A stretch of DNA of 64,000 bases, from positions 685,614-749,613 of the forward strand of contig NW_002060944.1 in NCBI RefSeq assembly GCF_000150275.1. The letters run 5' to 3'. The notes beneath the pieces were generated by a model. It made no database searches. It worked only from the letters and a program-made list of their open reading frames with translations, and was not told the origin of the DNA. This document shows, piece after piece, positions 52,455 through 64,000 of the stretch (the first letter of the stretch is position 1; each line of letters opens with the position of its first letter). The position numbers and the translations under genes were made by a program. The stretch is from Trichoplax adhaerens. Lineage: Eukaryota; Animalia; Placozoa.

Positions 52455-55400
52455 ATGCAGTTATTTCGCTCGTTTATCTTCTGCTTCCTAACGTTGATAA
52501 TACTGATGTGAGTATCTACGAGATGGACATGAAACTCTTTGCCATTTTGCTTGCTCTAGCTAGTAGCATGCCAACTTGTTGTAATCCATCAATACTGGCG
52601 TAAGCTTATTAATAGGATCTTCATCGTCGTATTATACATGTTGCCCAGTCATCGTTGAGATATCAACTTTAGTTCAGTCATGAAATAAAAGTGAATCACA
52701 ATGGATAGGATAGGATAGGATAATTCTCATATAGTGGCAACGCTCTATACTTTGGCCGTTAGCGACGACGAATCGCGCTTTTGCGATATTGCGACTAACT
52801 GAATGCACATTGGACATAGTACTTACTGTGGCCTTGCAGAAACGTATCGAGTATAACTGGTAAAGGCCATAAGGGAAATTTCAATAATGTGTGCTAATAT
52901 TCAATTTTCTGCCATATCATGTAGTACACTGTAACAGTACTTGGAATCAGCATAGTTATCAACCTCTTGTCATGTTGTCTAGACCATCAATGAACAATAG
53001 ATGGAATCGATTCCTTCATTACGTATTCATTACATAGTATTGATATATAGGTATAAAGACCCTACCAGTGGAATAGCTATATAGATAGAAGAAAGTGATA
53101 CTGTATTTCTCTATGCAGTATTTTCCTTCAGCACATCACATATCACGTACTACATATAAATGGATGCGAATAAATTGCAAGATAGATTAGAATATGTTTC
53201 AAGTCAATGGGCTGAGAACATATCATTTGACTAGTTAATATTGTTTAAAAATTATATTTAAAAATATGGTAAAGATCGGTTAATTATTTACAAAAGTACT
53301 CCAACTTGGCTAACCATTTCGATGCTTATTAAATCTGTAAGGAATAATGGCTGATGAGCTGTACGTATTTATATTTTATGAATAGCGTAAACAATCAACA
53401 CTGCCTATACTGTCAAAATGATGATCGTGGACACTTGTTTGCCGGAAATCCAAATATTGTCGAAGTTGATGATGGCTCTTTGGACAAAATAACAGAAGCT
53501 GTTCTAGCAAATCATTTAGTCTTTGTCATGTTTTATGCACCATGGTGTTATTCAAGTCATTTAACAGCCAATCATTTTGCTGCTGCAGCCGATCGCCTTA
53601 GTACCTTGGTGAGCTAGTGCACGTATGATCTCAATTTGTTCTTGTCTATACTACATATTAATGAAGCTACTGGAAAATAGGACATTAATTCTATTGCTGA
53701 TTATATCTTCGTTTACATTTCATGGTATTGTTATAGTAATAATATACTTCTGTTACGTATAAGATAACTCGCTTACAAGAATGTGCTCATAGCTGTAATA
53801 TTTTATGCTCTATCTTCAAGAAAAGTATCATCTGAGATGTTGCACACATAGACATAAAAGATTGCATCGAACAGCATTATCGAGATGATTCCTTAAATTG
53901 TATATATATAGCACTGTCGGTTTCTGTTACACCATCATGACACTAATTGGTCAATTCCACTCCTTGCAATTTAGATTGTTTTTATTAGTGTGAATTGTTG
54001 GGTACCTGATAGTGAATGCTACAAGAAGTATAGATTCGCTCAATATCCACAGTTTTACGCTCATATGCAAGATACCAACAATCCTATCATTTATACTGAC
54101 GAACCAATTGCTGCGAAAATGGTTAGTTTCGTTCACCATAGAATATTTTCCTAACTATCTTAGATCGTTGCATTCATAGCTTATCACCAAAAATAACCCC
54201 AACCTTTGAATTGGAAATTAAGCTTCTACTTTAAGATCAGTTACCATCTTGCCTTAGTCAAGTGTAACCATTATACGAAAACATCTTCGCAATTTTTAGG
54301 TCAAATTTCTGCTACAGCTGCTCAAACCCGTCAGAGAGATTAGAAAGAAAGGGGACTTGGAACTTCTATTATCGGAATCGCCAAACGTAATCCTGACTCA
54401 TAGATTTTAAATGCAAATGAAGGATACTCTCTTTTTGACCGCTACTGACTCATATAGTTATAATAGTTCATTAATATTCTTGATGATATATTAGAGCCTT
54501 TTTGTCAGTTACTTGGGAGAAGACTGGTTTAATTCTACCATGTATAGCGAATTAGTATTGACTTCTTTGAAATCAATTGCCAATGGTAATGCATCTCGCA
54601 ATAAATTTTATATAATAATATTTAGGATTTTACATTCTCGACTTGGTTTTACTGTGTAAAGTTACTTTACTGCTAGGAGAAAACTTAAACTTTGGCTGAT
54701 TACGATATCATGTATTTAATAAAATATCGTCTCATAGACATTCGTGAATGATCTTAAAATCATAGGTCCTATCGATACTATCGGTTTTGCTGTTATAACT
54801 ACGACTGCCTTGGGACGATATTACAAATTCGATGTTGATGTTGTACGATCAGCTGCATTATATGTTTTACCGGAGAAGAAATTGGTAAATAGCAATATAG
54901 GACTAAAATATAGAAATTAGGTATTTTTGCATAATGATGTGATGAGGGAGACAATTAATTTTTTGTCATTTATACTATGTAATATAGATCTAGTTAAATA
55001 CGTTGTTTAAGAGCATTACATCTGTTGGCGTTGTAATTTTCTACTATTTTCGTACATCCTTAGACATGTCTTCAATGTGCAGTTATTTGCATTATCATTG
55101 GATTATACCCGTATATTAGCTACTAGCAAATTGCCTAGAAGTACTAATTGCAAGTAGCGCACTAAAAAATGAAATTTTGTTCTAGGAATATCCGCGACGA
55201 TTACCATTTGCCATGGACAACATTCTTAATTGGACAAATTCTAAAAATATTAAGGTTTCATTTATTCTATACCTTTTAGGAATAAATTACGATCTTTGTC
55301 CTTCTCAACGTTCTCACAGCATTTCTCCCAGGTTATGCAACTAATAGTAACCTTTTTTTGTGTTCTATGTGCTAAAGCTGGTTAATGAACTTGTACCAAA

Positions 55401-57408
55401 TACATTTTTCTCGGACAATTTTATATCTAACCTCAAAAAGACTCCCTCCGTTATAATGTTTACTCCTTTGAATGATTCATCCGTAGCAAGGAAAGTACTT
55501 CACGAGGTAATTATATACAATTATATTCTATTACTTTGAAATATGAATTACAATAGATTATAATAAATTTCTAACAGATAATAACGTCGTTTTGAGAAAT
55601 ACTAAAGATACGATATTTATCTGATCTATTACATGTATCAATGTAGTATAAACTATCTGCATTCTCCTATTGGAAAAAAAGACGTGCCTTATTGAAACGA
55701 AGTAGAAATGAAAAGACCTGTGATCTTAGATCTTATTGTCTATCCTATCCTTCTTCGGATCAGAAAATGAACATTTGTGATTTCTGCATGTCGTGCTGCC
55801 GCCTTGATTTTTATTGTCATTATTCGTTACGAAATATTCAGCAAATTTTTAGTGGCTATTTTAAGCATCGACGAAACAAACCAACGACTTATGGTTGTAG
55901 TAGTATATACTGGACAAATTACTACCGTTCTCTGACAGTTTTATCGTCGTATTGTTGTTTGGATGAAAGCTCCAGTAAAATTATAAATAATTCGAATATT
56001 AGCAATGCGGAAGCTGGAGTGGATTTATATACAACGAGAATTCGTATCCATAATATTTCATGTAATGGAAGTAATATTGTTATTGCATCTGATGCCTTAT
56101 ACAATTACAGCAGTAAAGTTACTCGACAACGTTTCTTTCATCTTGAAACTACTTGCAAGGATAATTGTGTTTTTGGATCAAGCGCAATTTTACAGTATGG
56201 GCTAAGTAATGTTGCTCATATAGATCGATCCAAGGTAGAACTTCACTTTTATTACATTGATTCTGGAAGTTACTGGCAACTTGCTATTAATCTCGGTGTT
56301 GAGGATGGACTGGGAAAGTCGAGAATTGCTCTTGCCATCATTGATTTAAATGTATGTCTTAAACTTATAACTAATTCTTAGAAGCTGTAGTCATATATTA
56401 TATGCAATCATTAGTCTTATTCCGCGACGGACGATAATTATTTTTAGGGTGAAGTTCAGTACGTAGAGAAAGAGAATCGTCTTTTAACTGTGAAAACTAT
56501 CAGTAAGTTAATAGTAGATATTAGATGATGTTCTTCTACGAAAGCTTTTCTTTACACACTCAAGATTGCATGTAAATACCTTCTTAATCATGGTTAGGTT
56601 ACTTTCTACAAAGATATTTAAGACGTCAACTTGTTCCTAGAAGACGGCACGTAAATACAACAGTAACCGATGTATGCCAACCTACGGAAGATTACCCGTG
56701 CCTTATCGACATTTCTTATTTTAATTTTAACGAAGTTGTATTAAATAAAGAAAAGGTAATTCTAGTGACGATTAATGCTGATGATTACAAAACTAAAATT
56801 TTTAGCTTAAGCAAATTGATTTGATTCTTCTGTTTAGAATGTTTTACTCATTTACTATGCTCCCGGGTGCGGTGTGTGCCTAGCGCAATTTCCCACTTAT
56901 CTAAAAGTTGTCCATTACTTTTTACGTTCTCCTAATATTACTGTGGCTCGGTATATAATAGATAAAAATTTATTAACGTCATCTTGATGTATATACCTCA
57001 CCAGCAATTGCAATTATTTGAAATTGGTTTACTTTTTATCTATTTTTGGATTCGTAAACTAAAATTTGAAGAATTGATGGTGAAAGAAACGATCTACCAG
57101 TTCAGTATAAGGCCTATAAGTATCCAGCGCTAATACTTTTTCCGGCTCATCGGTAAGGGTTACCGCCTAACAAATACAGTAGATATTTTGCCAAGGTCGT
57201 CGACCATCGTACGGCCGTATTGATACAGTTTCCGTTGCTAAATCAAATACTATAATTTAAGTGAATAACCAAGCACTACTGTATTACTTCCCAAAACTGT
57301 TTTATCGTCTATTGCTTTAGGAAAGGAGATTCTGTGCCATTTCCTGAGAATGAAGTAATTAGTGTTGCTTCTGTCATTGAATTCGTTCTACGTCACTCTT
57401 ACTGGTAG
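52455..57408 (+). CDS. TXNDC11: Thioredoxin domain-containing protein 11 (ER PDI family), multi-exon
   Basis: FVMFYAPWCYSS (CxxS), FISVNCW, IGFAVIT, a Cys-rich large exon at about 55647-56351 (NICDFC; FYYIDSGSYWQLAINLG), then YYAPGCGVC..VARIDGERNDLP..LFPAHRKGDSV..FVLRHS, colinear with TXNDC11. The start is ambiguous (52455 or 52523). Confidence 0.87.
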
Positions 57409-60237
57409 ATTCTCGATAGATTCTTGGATAAATATTTCCTAAGGTAGCCTGTCACGATCTGTGCTTAAAATAGCAAGGCATAATTTCAGAGTTAAATTAA
57501 GTTCGGCAAATTCATGCGTTTCGCGTTGTTTTAAAGACCTTAAATTTTATTATTCAACTATATTTGTACTATATTTGAGGTATGCTGTGTAGTACCTGCC
57601 TATTGCAAAATTTAATCATTTTAATTTAGGCCTTTTCTATCAATTTTTACTAGATTGAATTATTAATGATTACTTAAAAGCATAAAAAATGATGTTATAT
57701 AATATTTAGGGATTGTACTTCTCCTAGATTGTATGAGTACTTATTCCGGAATATGTGATGTCACAAAATTTGGTGTAGAACTAAGGGTATTTTCGTTTTG
57801 TAGGATTCTGTATCATGTGATTTAATATTCAAAGGTGTTATACGAGCATATTTAAGTTATACTCGTATCACAATTATTAGACTTCAGAACTATAATCGTA
57901 TTCCGAACGGGCTATTTTCGTAAAAAGTTTTGATTCCGTAAAGACAGAAATTAAATCAAAGGCAATTAAAATTATGTCCATAGTCTTGCAAAATTTTATT
58001 CTTATGTACTATTTACAAGGGCAAGATATTGCCTACTGCACTTTTATTTTTAAAATTCAATGCAAAATTTGATAACAAGTGTTATTTCTGAAATTTTAAA
58101 TAAACTATTATCTCAATTGATGGAATGATACATTTATTGCTTTGATTACGAGATTGCACTCGTAACAATATGCTGTCCACACATAATTGTAACCCATTCG
58201 GATATATCTGTATTATAATAATATATTGAATGTATTTAATAAACGGAGTGCGACTAGAATATGCCACATTTACTAGTATCGCATGAAGGTTGTGATTCTT
58301 TAGTTGTTGCAAGCACGTTTATTAATCAATGTACTGTATACAGCAAGGGCTTGTAGAAGAAGAGATGAAAGTTGATGCTTATGGTACTATTATTAGTATC
58401 AACTGAATATAGGTAAATTGATTTGTTACGAAAAAAGTAAATATCAGTGATCAATCAATAACTCGAAGACATAATCCATGCTTAAATGCCAAGATGAAGG
58501 CTGATTAGTAAGGCATGCACTTGTGAGTTAGCGTCACAACATAATCTCAATGCATTACATAGCAAATGCTTAATAATTATATTTGAACCTACATACCAAC
58601 AGCATTAAGAATAATTGGCATATTGCTGCAGCAGTATTGCACAGATGTAATCTAGGCTTCATTTACATTTTCAAATTCTGTTGTTCTCTACAGTCTGTAG
58701 GCTACAGATCAATTTGTAGACCTTTACTGTAATACTGCGTATGTTGAGATTGTTTATTTATCAAGTCCAGGCGTCTAGCTAACTGCCAATTAATACTGTA
58801 GTTAGCTTTAAACGAGATGAAATAGATATGTTACCCAAATGATCGTAATCGACCAGTCCTTGTGAGAAGCATACATTTGCATTAGCAGGTCATGCAAAGC
58901 AGGCTGCAGGCTAAGCTCGTTAGTAGAATGCTGCTTACGCGTGTATATAGACAGCTACACAATGATAACGTAATTAACTTCACGTTCGCTTTACAATACT
59001 ATGGTAATTATCCTATGATTATTGTAAAAATGCGTAATCCTGTTTGCAAATCTGCACAGAACTTATTAGTGTCGAGATCATTTAATTATTATCAATGATT
59101 AATATCCTTCTTGCTGTAAAACGTTTTTATAATTAATTCTATACGAAATGAAACACAATACTTAGTTAATAATCAGCTAATTCTTGCAAAAAAAATCATA
59201 CAATTACAAAAATATAGCACTTATATCCTTATAACAGCCTGAGAATTACAGTTATTTCGTCCATATCACTATAGAAAAGTTTAGTAAGACAACAGATTAC
59301 GAGGTTATTTCGGCTAATTAATGTATTATTTCTCATTTTACTTGTGGTAAATGGCCTTAAAAGATTTAACTTGCTGTCAGTTATCTATCATTATATTAGG
59401 CTCAACTGATTAGCTAACAATTCTAGATCTAAAAGCAGTAAATTAATATTCTTGTATGTCTATAATGGACAGTATACGAGTAGAAGAACCTAGAAATTAA
59501 TTACAACCATTAATTAATTATTTGCTTGACAAAAACTAGCCAAATCTCTAATTATAAGTAGGGTGACACAAGATAGATAGAAAAATAAAGCTATTGCTGA
59601 AACTATTTTCGAATTCATTAAATAGATCAAATAATAATAAACGATAACTCAACTGATGGATCCAATATTCACCTAATATCATTACAGATTAAGATTATAC
59701 TAAATCTGGTTTTATCATCCATAACTAACATTAAGCTACGCCAATCAACAATATTACAATGATAATTGCTCTTGTGTTTACGCTTATAAAGTAATTAGTA
59801 GTAACTTTCCATCTTTTGCAGGAGATCCATTTATTAAATTAGCCTAGTCGCGATTGATCTAGTAAGGCTACTACCAAGACAGAAATAAGATTACCGCATT
59901 TGACTCTTAATCAATGTATTACTATTAATTAGCACTTTAATTTTAACACGAGTTTAGCCAGTAGATCCAACGCCTCTTCAATAGCCACAAGAACTTTTGC
60001 AATGCTTGTTTAGCTTAACGATGCCTAACACCCAGGTTGTAATACTAACCACTAACATTAGAGTGAAATTTGTTCTTGTATTTACAATCTGATCAGAAAT
60101 AAGCTTTCATTAATTCAATTTTCCTAGATAATAGTCAATTTGATGGTCCTAATCATACAAGATCGCCATATTAACTGGATTCTTTGTCTATCCTGAAAGT
60201 ATTTATAGTGAAATGTATCTAACCAATATCATCATAA

Positions 60238-61326
60238 TTATAAAATAATATCGGAGTGCTCCTCGGTGAGGTAGAATTTTAGATTAATTCTAAATGAGTT
60301 TTCGTAAATAGTTCTCGCTTTGTCATACTCACCTAAGCCAATATAAGTAGCTCCGATGTATTTGCATGAAGTAATAATATCAGAGATTATCAAGTCACCT
60401 TGTAGAAATCTACTTTGTAGCAATCTATTTTTCAGTACCTTATTAAATATTGTAAGAGCTTCATTATACTGGCCTTGCTTGTAATAAATCGATCCCATTT
60501 TGTCATATAGCATGTTAATATCACGATGATGTTTTACATATCTTTTCAAATAAATTTTAATCGACTTTTTGTATACGTAAAGAGCCTCATCATATTTGGC
60601 TTGATTGTGTAAAATTGTTCCTATATTCGATAATAACTTGGCCACCGTATCCGAGTGTTTTTGGTTACTTTTTTTTCGTATAATTTTCAGAGCTTTGACA
60701 TACATAACAAGAGCATCATCATACTTACATTGCCTATCATGTATTGAGCCAATTTTACTGTATAATGTAGCTACATCATTATGGTTACTACCAAGCAGGT
60801 TCTTATCAATTGTAAGGGCTCTATTATACATATTAAGAGCTTGATCATATTTGCCTTCGTTATCAAAGATTTCGCCTATTTTAAGATAGGATTTACTGAC
60901 TACAATATTATTATCGCCATATAAGTTCAATTTTATTGTAAGTGATTTTAAATAATTATCATAGGCACTATTGGTATTGCCTTGTAATATCTTAATATCA
61001 CCTTGTAGATCCAAGCATGTAATTAGTTGTTTATCATCTTGCAATTTTGTAGCTATTTCTTGTGCTCTTTGGCATATTGTATAGGCTAACGTCGGCTTTT
61101 CAAAGTAAATATAAATTCTACAAGTATGATAGTAAAGATCGAATTCAAGTCCATCAAGATCATCAGGCTTATTGATCATATAATCAAGTTGATCGATAAG
61201 CTTTTCAAGATAATACAGGGATCGCGAAAAATTTCCAACTTCATAATATTTCCGGCCTTTCTTAAATTGAAGCCGTATCTGTTTAGTGAGTTTTTCAGCT
61301 TTACCACTAATGGATGGACTTATCAT
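60238..61326 (-). CDS. Single-exon TPR-repeat protein (about 42-aa kinesin-light-chain/NPHP3-like repeats), probably C-terminally truncated
   Basis: 362-aa ORF with recurring units such as NHNDVATLYSKIGSIHDRQCKYDDALVMYVKALKI and HSDTVAKLLSNIGTILHNQAKYDEALYVYKKSIKI. Confidence 0.8.
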   Translation of the reverse strand: MISPSISGKAEKLTKQIRLQFKKGRKYYEVGNFSRSLYYLEKLIDQLDYMINKPDDLDGLEFDLYYHTCRIYIYFEKPTLAYTICQRAQEIATKLQDDKQLITCLDLQGDIKILQGNTNSAYDNYLKSLTIKLNLYGDNNIVVSKSYLKIGEIFDNEGKYDQALNMYNRALTIDKNLLGSNHNDVATLYSKIGSIHDRQCKYDDALVMYVKALKIIRKKSNQKHSDTVAKLLSNIGTILHNQAKYDEALYVYKKSIKIYLKRYVKHHRDINMLYDKMGSIYYKQGQYNEALTIFNKVLKNRLLQSRFLQGDLIISDIITSCKYIGATYIGLGEYDKARTIYENSFRINLKFYLTEEHSDIIL

Positions 61327-63089
61327 ATTGTTATTTTCGCTGGATTGAAATCGTTGCTATGTAAAATGAGAAGAGATATATTAAGTTCACAGTTTAACTT
61401 TCAGGCATATCAATGGCGCAATGAATAAAAATAAATGATTGGTAACTGTTCGTAAGCACAAGTATATATTGAAGCATGATTTGCACGTATATTTAACGTT
61501 ATATCCTGTATTATTATACAAGGATAGATTGCGCAGTTATTTTCAGTTTAAACGATACAGTTCCTTTGACATCTATTTTTAATCTATGACTTAATGCTTT
61601 TGTGTGTACTAAGAGTATAGCTAGCAAAAGTAGAGCTTTGCAACATTAAATATTCTATGACTTACAAATTAATTAATTATAGTATTTAAATTTTTCAATA
61701 CGTACTACTCGAAAAATAATCCAGTTTTTACGCAGTGAACGAAAGCCTTCGTCAATTTACAATTCTGGTAATCGTATAGCGTATAGAACAATTTCACTTA
61801 TTATTTAATAACACCGGAAAGTGTATAAGGGTTCTGCTTACATCAGTCAGATAATATTTAAAATTATTTTAAGGAGAAATCATGCAGCTGCTGATGATTG
61901 TTGCCTTAATTTAGTCGATTTGATCGGCTGTATTTTTATGTATTATATAATATATTCAATTATGTTCGCATAGATGTATAAATTCTACAAACTTCGAAAT
62001 TATGTTAAAAGTATAAATGCAAAATATATTACGTCAGAATACAATTAACAGAAACCTTAACTCAATAGACACCAGAAGTCATAACAGAACAGCTACCCTA
62101 GAAAGTATTTTGAAATAACCGGAAGTGTAGTATGAAATGATTATTATATATTCAATTGAGCAAACAAACATAGTAAAAAAGAAATAATGAGATGCTGTAC
62201 CATATCCATTACTAATGAATTATGATAGCCGTTTAAAATAAATGACTCGATTTGAATCATGATCTAACTTTTTTAAGCTTGCATGCAGTACAATTTGTAA
62301 ACACGGAATTCGTTGATTTTCGATTCATTCACTTGAGTAGAATTAAATTATCATAAGATGCAAATGGCTAAGGAAATATACAACTTGATCACAATATTCT
62401 TACCGGATTTATTGCATTAAAAGATCGCATTGTATTACGGGTATTACCTAATCATATTTTTAATTAATGAGAATAGAACTCATTCGCCGTGCCCTAGAGG
62501 CATATCTTGTCTCCAGAATCTACTCTATAGAGCGGCATTTTCGCATTTATCGTACATAATAATACGATGTGGACGTGAATGTGGATTTTTAGAATACGTA
62601 TTATGTTGATGCCAAATTGCCTGGAGTTATATTAGACGCTAAAATTATTAATGTGTAATGCTAAATAGCTTGCTATTTTTACTAACAATGACTGTATAAA
62701 ACAGTTTCTGACTTTATTACCATACTTTAGATATTTACAATTAATAGAATAATACTCTTTCACAATAGGTAATAGGCATGAATGATAATATGATGCCAAA
62801 GTAAAATACTTGTAAACGCAATTTTAAAGTGCTATCGATGTAATTTTCCTACACCTATTGAAAATAAAACGGCCAAGAATTTGCTCAAGCGACTGCAAAT
62901 TGGATCTTTAACCTTATGCAATAGCTAAGGCTGTAACGGTTTTAGTTAAGTCTTTGTTAGAACGCCTGTCCTGCTCCTTACTCTTACCGTTACAACCGTC
63001 GCAACTGGTCTCTTATCCAGTGATTATATATGCTGTATATCAAACGCTATCATACTGTACTATTTATCCCTAATACCTTAATAGGTTGT

Positions 63090-63810
63090 ACAAAAATATT
63101 ATGTGAATACATTACAGCTTTGATGTATTTGCATGGCGTAGCAATGACCGAGACTATCTGAATGTCTGGTAGTTGTCTACTTTACAGTACTATATTAAGT
63201 ATTGTAAGAACTTTATTATAAATCGTAGTCGTACATAAAGTAAATCCATCCTATTTTGTCAGATAGATTACGAATAATTAATAGAGTAAATATCATGACG
63301 AGATTTCTATGCATTTCTAACCAAATTTCATCAACTCCTTATATACATAAAGGGCCTCATCATATTTGGCTTAATTGTGTAAACTTTTCCTATTTTCCAT
63401 AATAACTCGGCTACCGTATCTAAATGGTTTTGATTTCACTTTACTCGCTTATTTTTTAGGGCATTGACATACATAATAAGATTGGATTTTATCATAAATG
63501 GCCTGTTATACATATTAAGAGCTTGATCATATTTGCCTTTTTTATCGTAGATTTCGTATATTTTACGATAGGATTTACTGAAAAAAAACATTATTATCGT
63601 CATATAAGATTATTTCATTGTAAGTGATTTTAAATAACTATGATAATCATCATTGGTATCGCCTGGTAATATCTCAATGTCGCCTCAAAGATCCAAGCAT
63701 GCAGTAAATTCTTCTTCATCTTTCAATTTCGTAGCTATTTTTTGTGCTATTTGGCATGTTGTATACCAACTTGAAGTAGTGTACACAATAATATTGTAGC
63801 AAAGACGATG
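63090..63810 (-). pseudogene. Decayed paralog of the adjacent TPR gene
   Basis: Colinear DNA similarity to about 60340-61100 (for example gcctcatcatatttggctt, taagagcttgatcatatttgcctt, agatccaagcatg). Carries CAA>TAA near 63371, TGA near 63685, a ~100-bp internal deletion near 63490 and indels. No long ORF. Confidence 0.85.
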
Positions 63811-64000
63811 ATAATTAATAATATACATATTCGGGTATGTTAAAACAAATAAAAGGTGTGAGTACGTACATATTTTATGCAGTATACGATGTATGACGAG
63901 CTTAGGTTCTATCAGTATAAATAATTATATAAGATAGCAATAAGTAAGATGAATTCATGTCGGTAATCTATTACTTTAGACTATAGTACTTTTTAGAGTA

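Overview
AT-rich, intron-dense eukaryotic (animal) genomic DNA. The short GT-AG introns, basal-metazoan protein divergence, noggin and single-exon TPR family suggest a placozoan such as Trichoplax, but the species is an inference. Most ORF-track entries are spurious, so real genes were rebuilt by hand from splice sites. Gene order: UTP6 (-, runs off the left edge), two tandem 11-exon SLC25A10 dicarboxylate carriers (+), GDE1 (-), an MKK3/6-type MAP2K (+), PARN (-), RPL6 (-, 5'TOP), single-exon noggin (+), TXNDC11 (+), a TPR gene (-) and a TPR pseudogene (-). No rRNA, tRNA, CRISPR array or intact transposon was seen. Most notable unexplained signals: (i) dense GTACA/TACTGTA motif clusters at several housekeeping-gene 5' ends; (ii) unrelated young 117-305 bp tandem duplications, mostly in promoters or first introns, one of which amplifies a splice donor; (iii) two alternative in-phase signal-peptide starts in TXNDC11; (iv) cytoplasmic-gate substitutions in the second SLC25A10 copy; (v) loss of the PARN cap-binding Trp; (vi) a 52-nt hairpin upstream of noggin. 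All comparisons with human proteins are from memory and need alignment to confirm.
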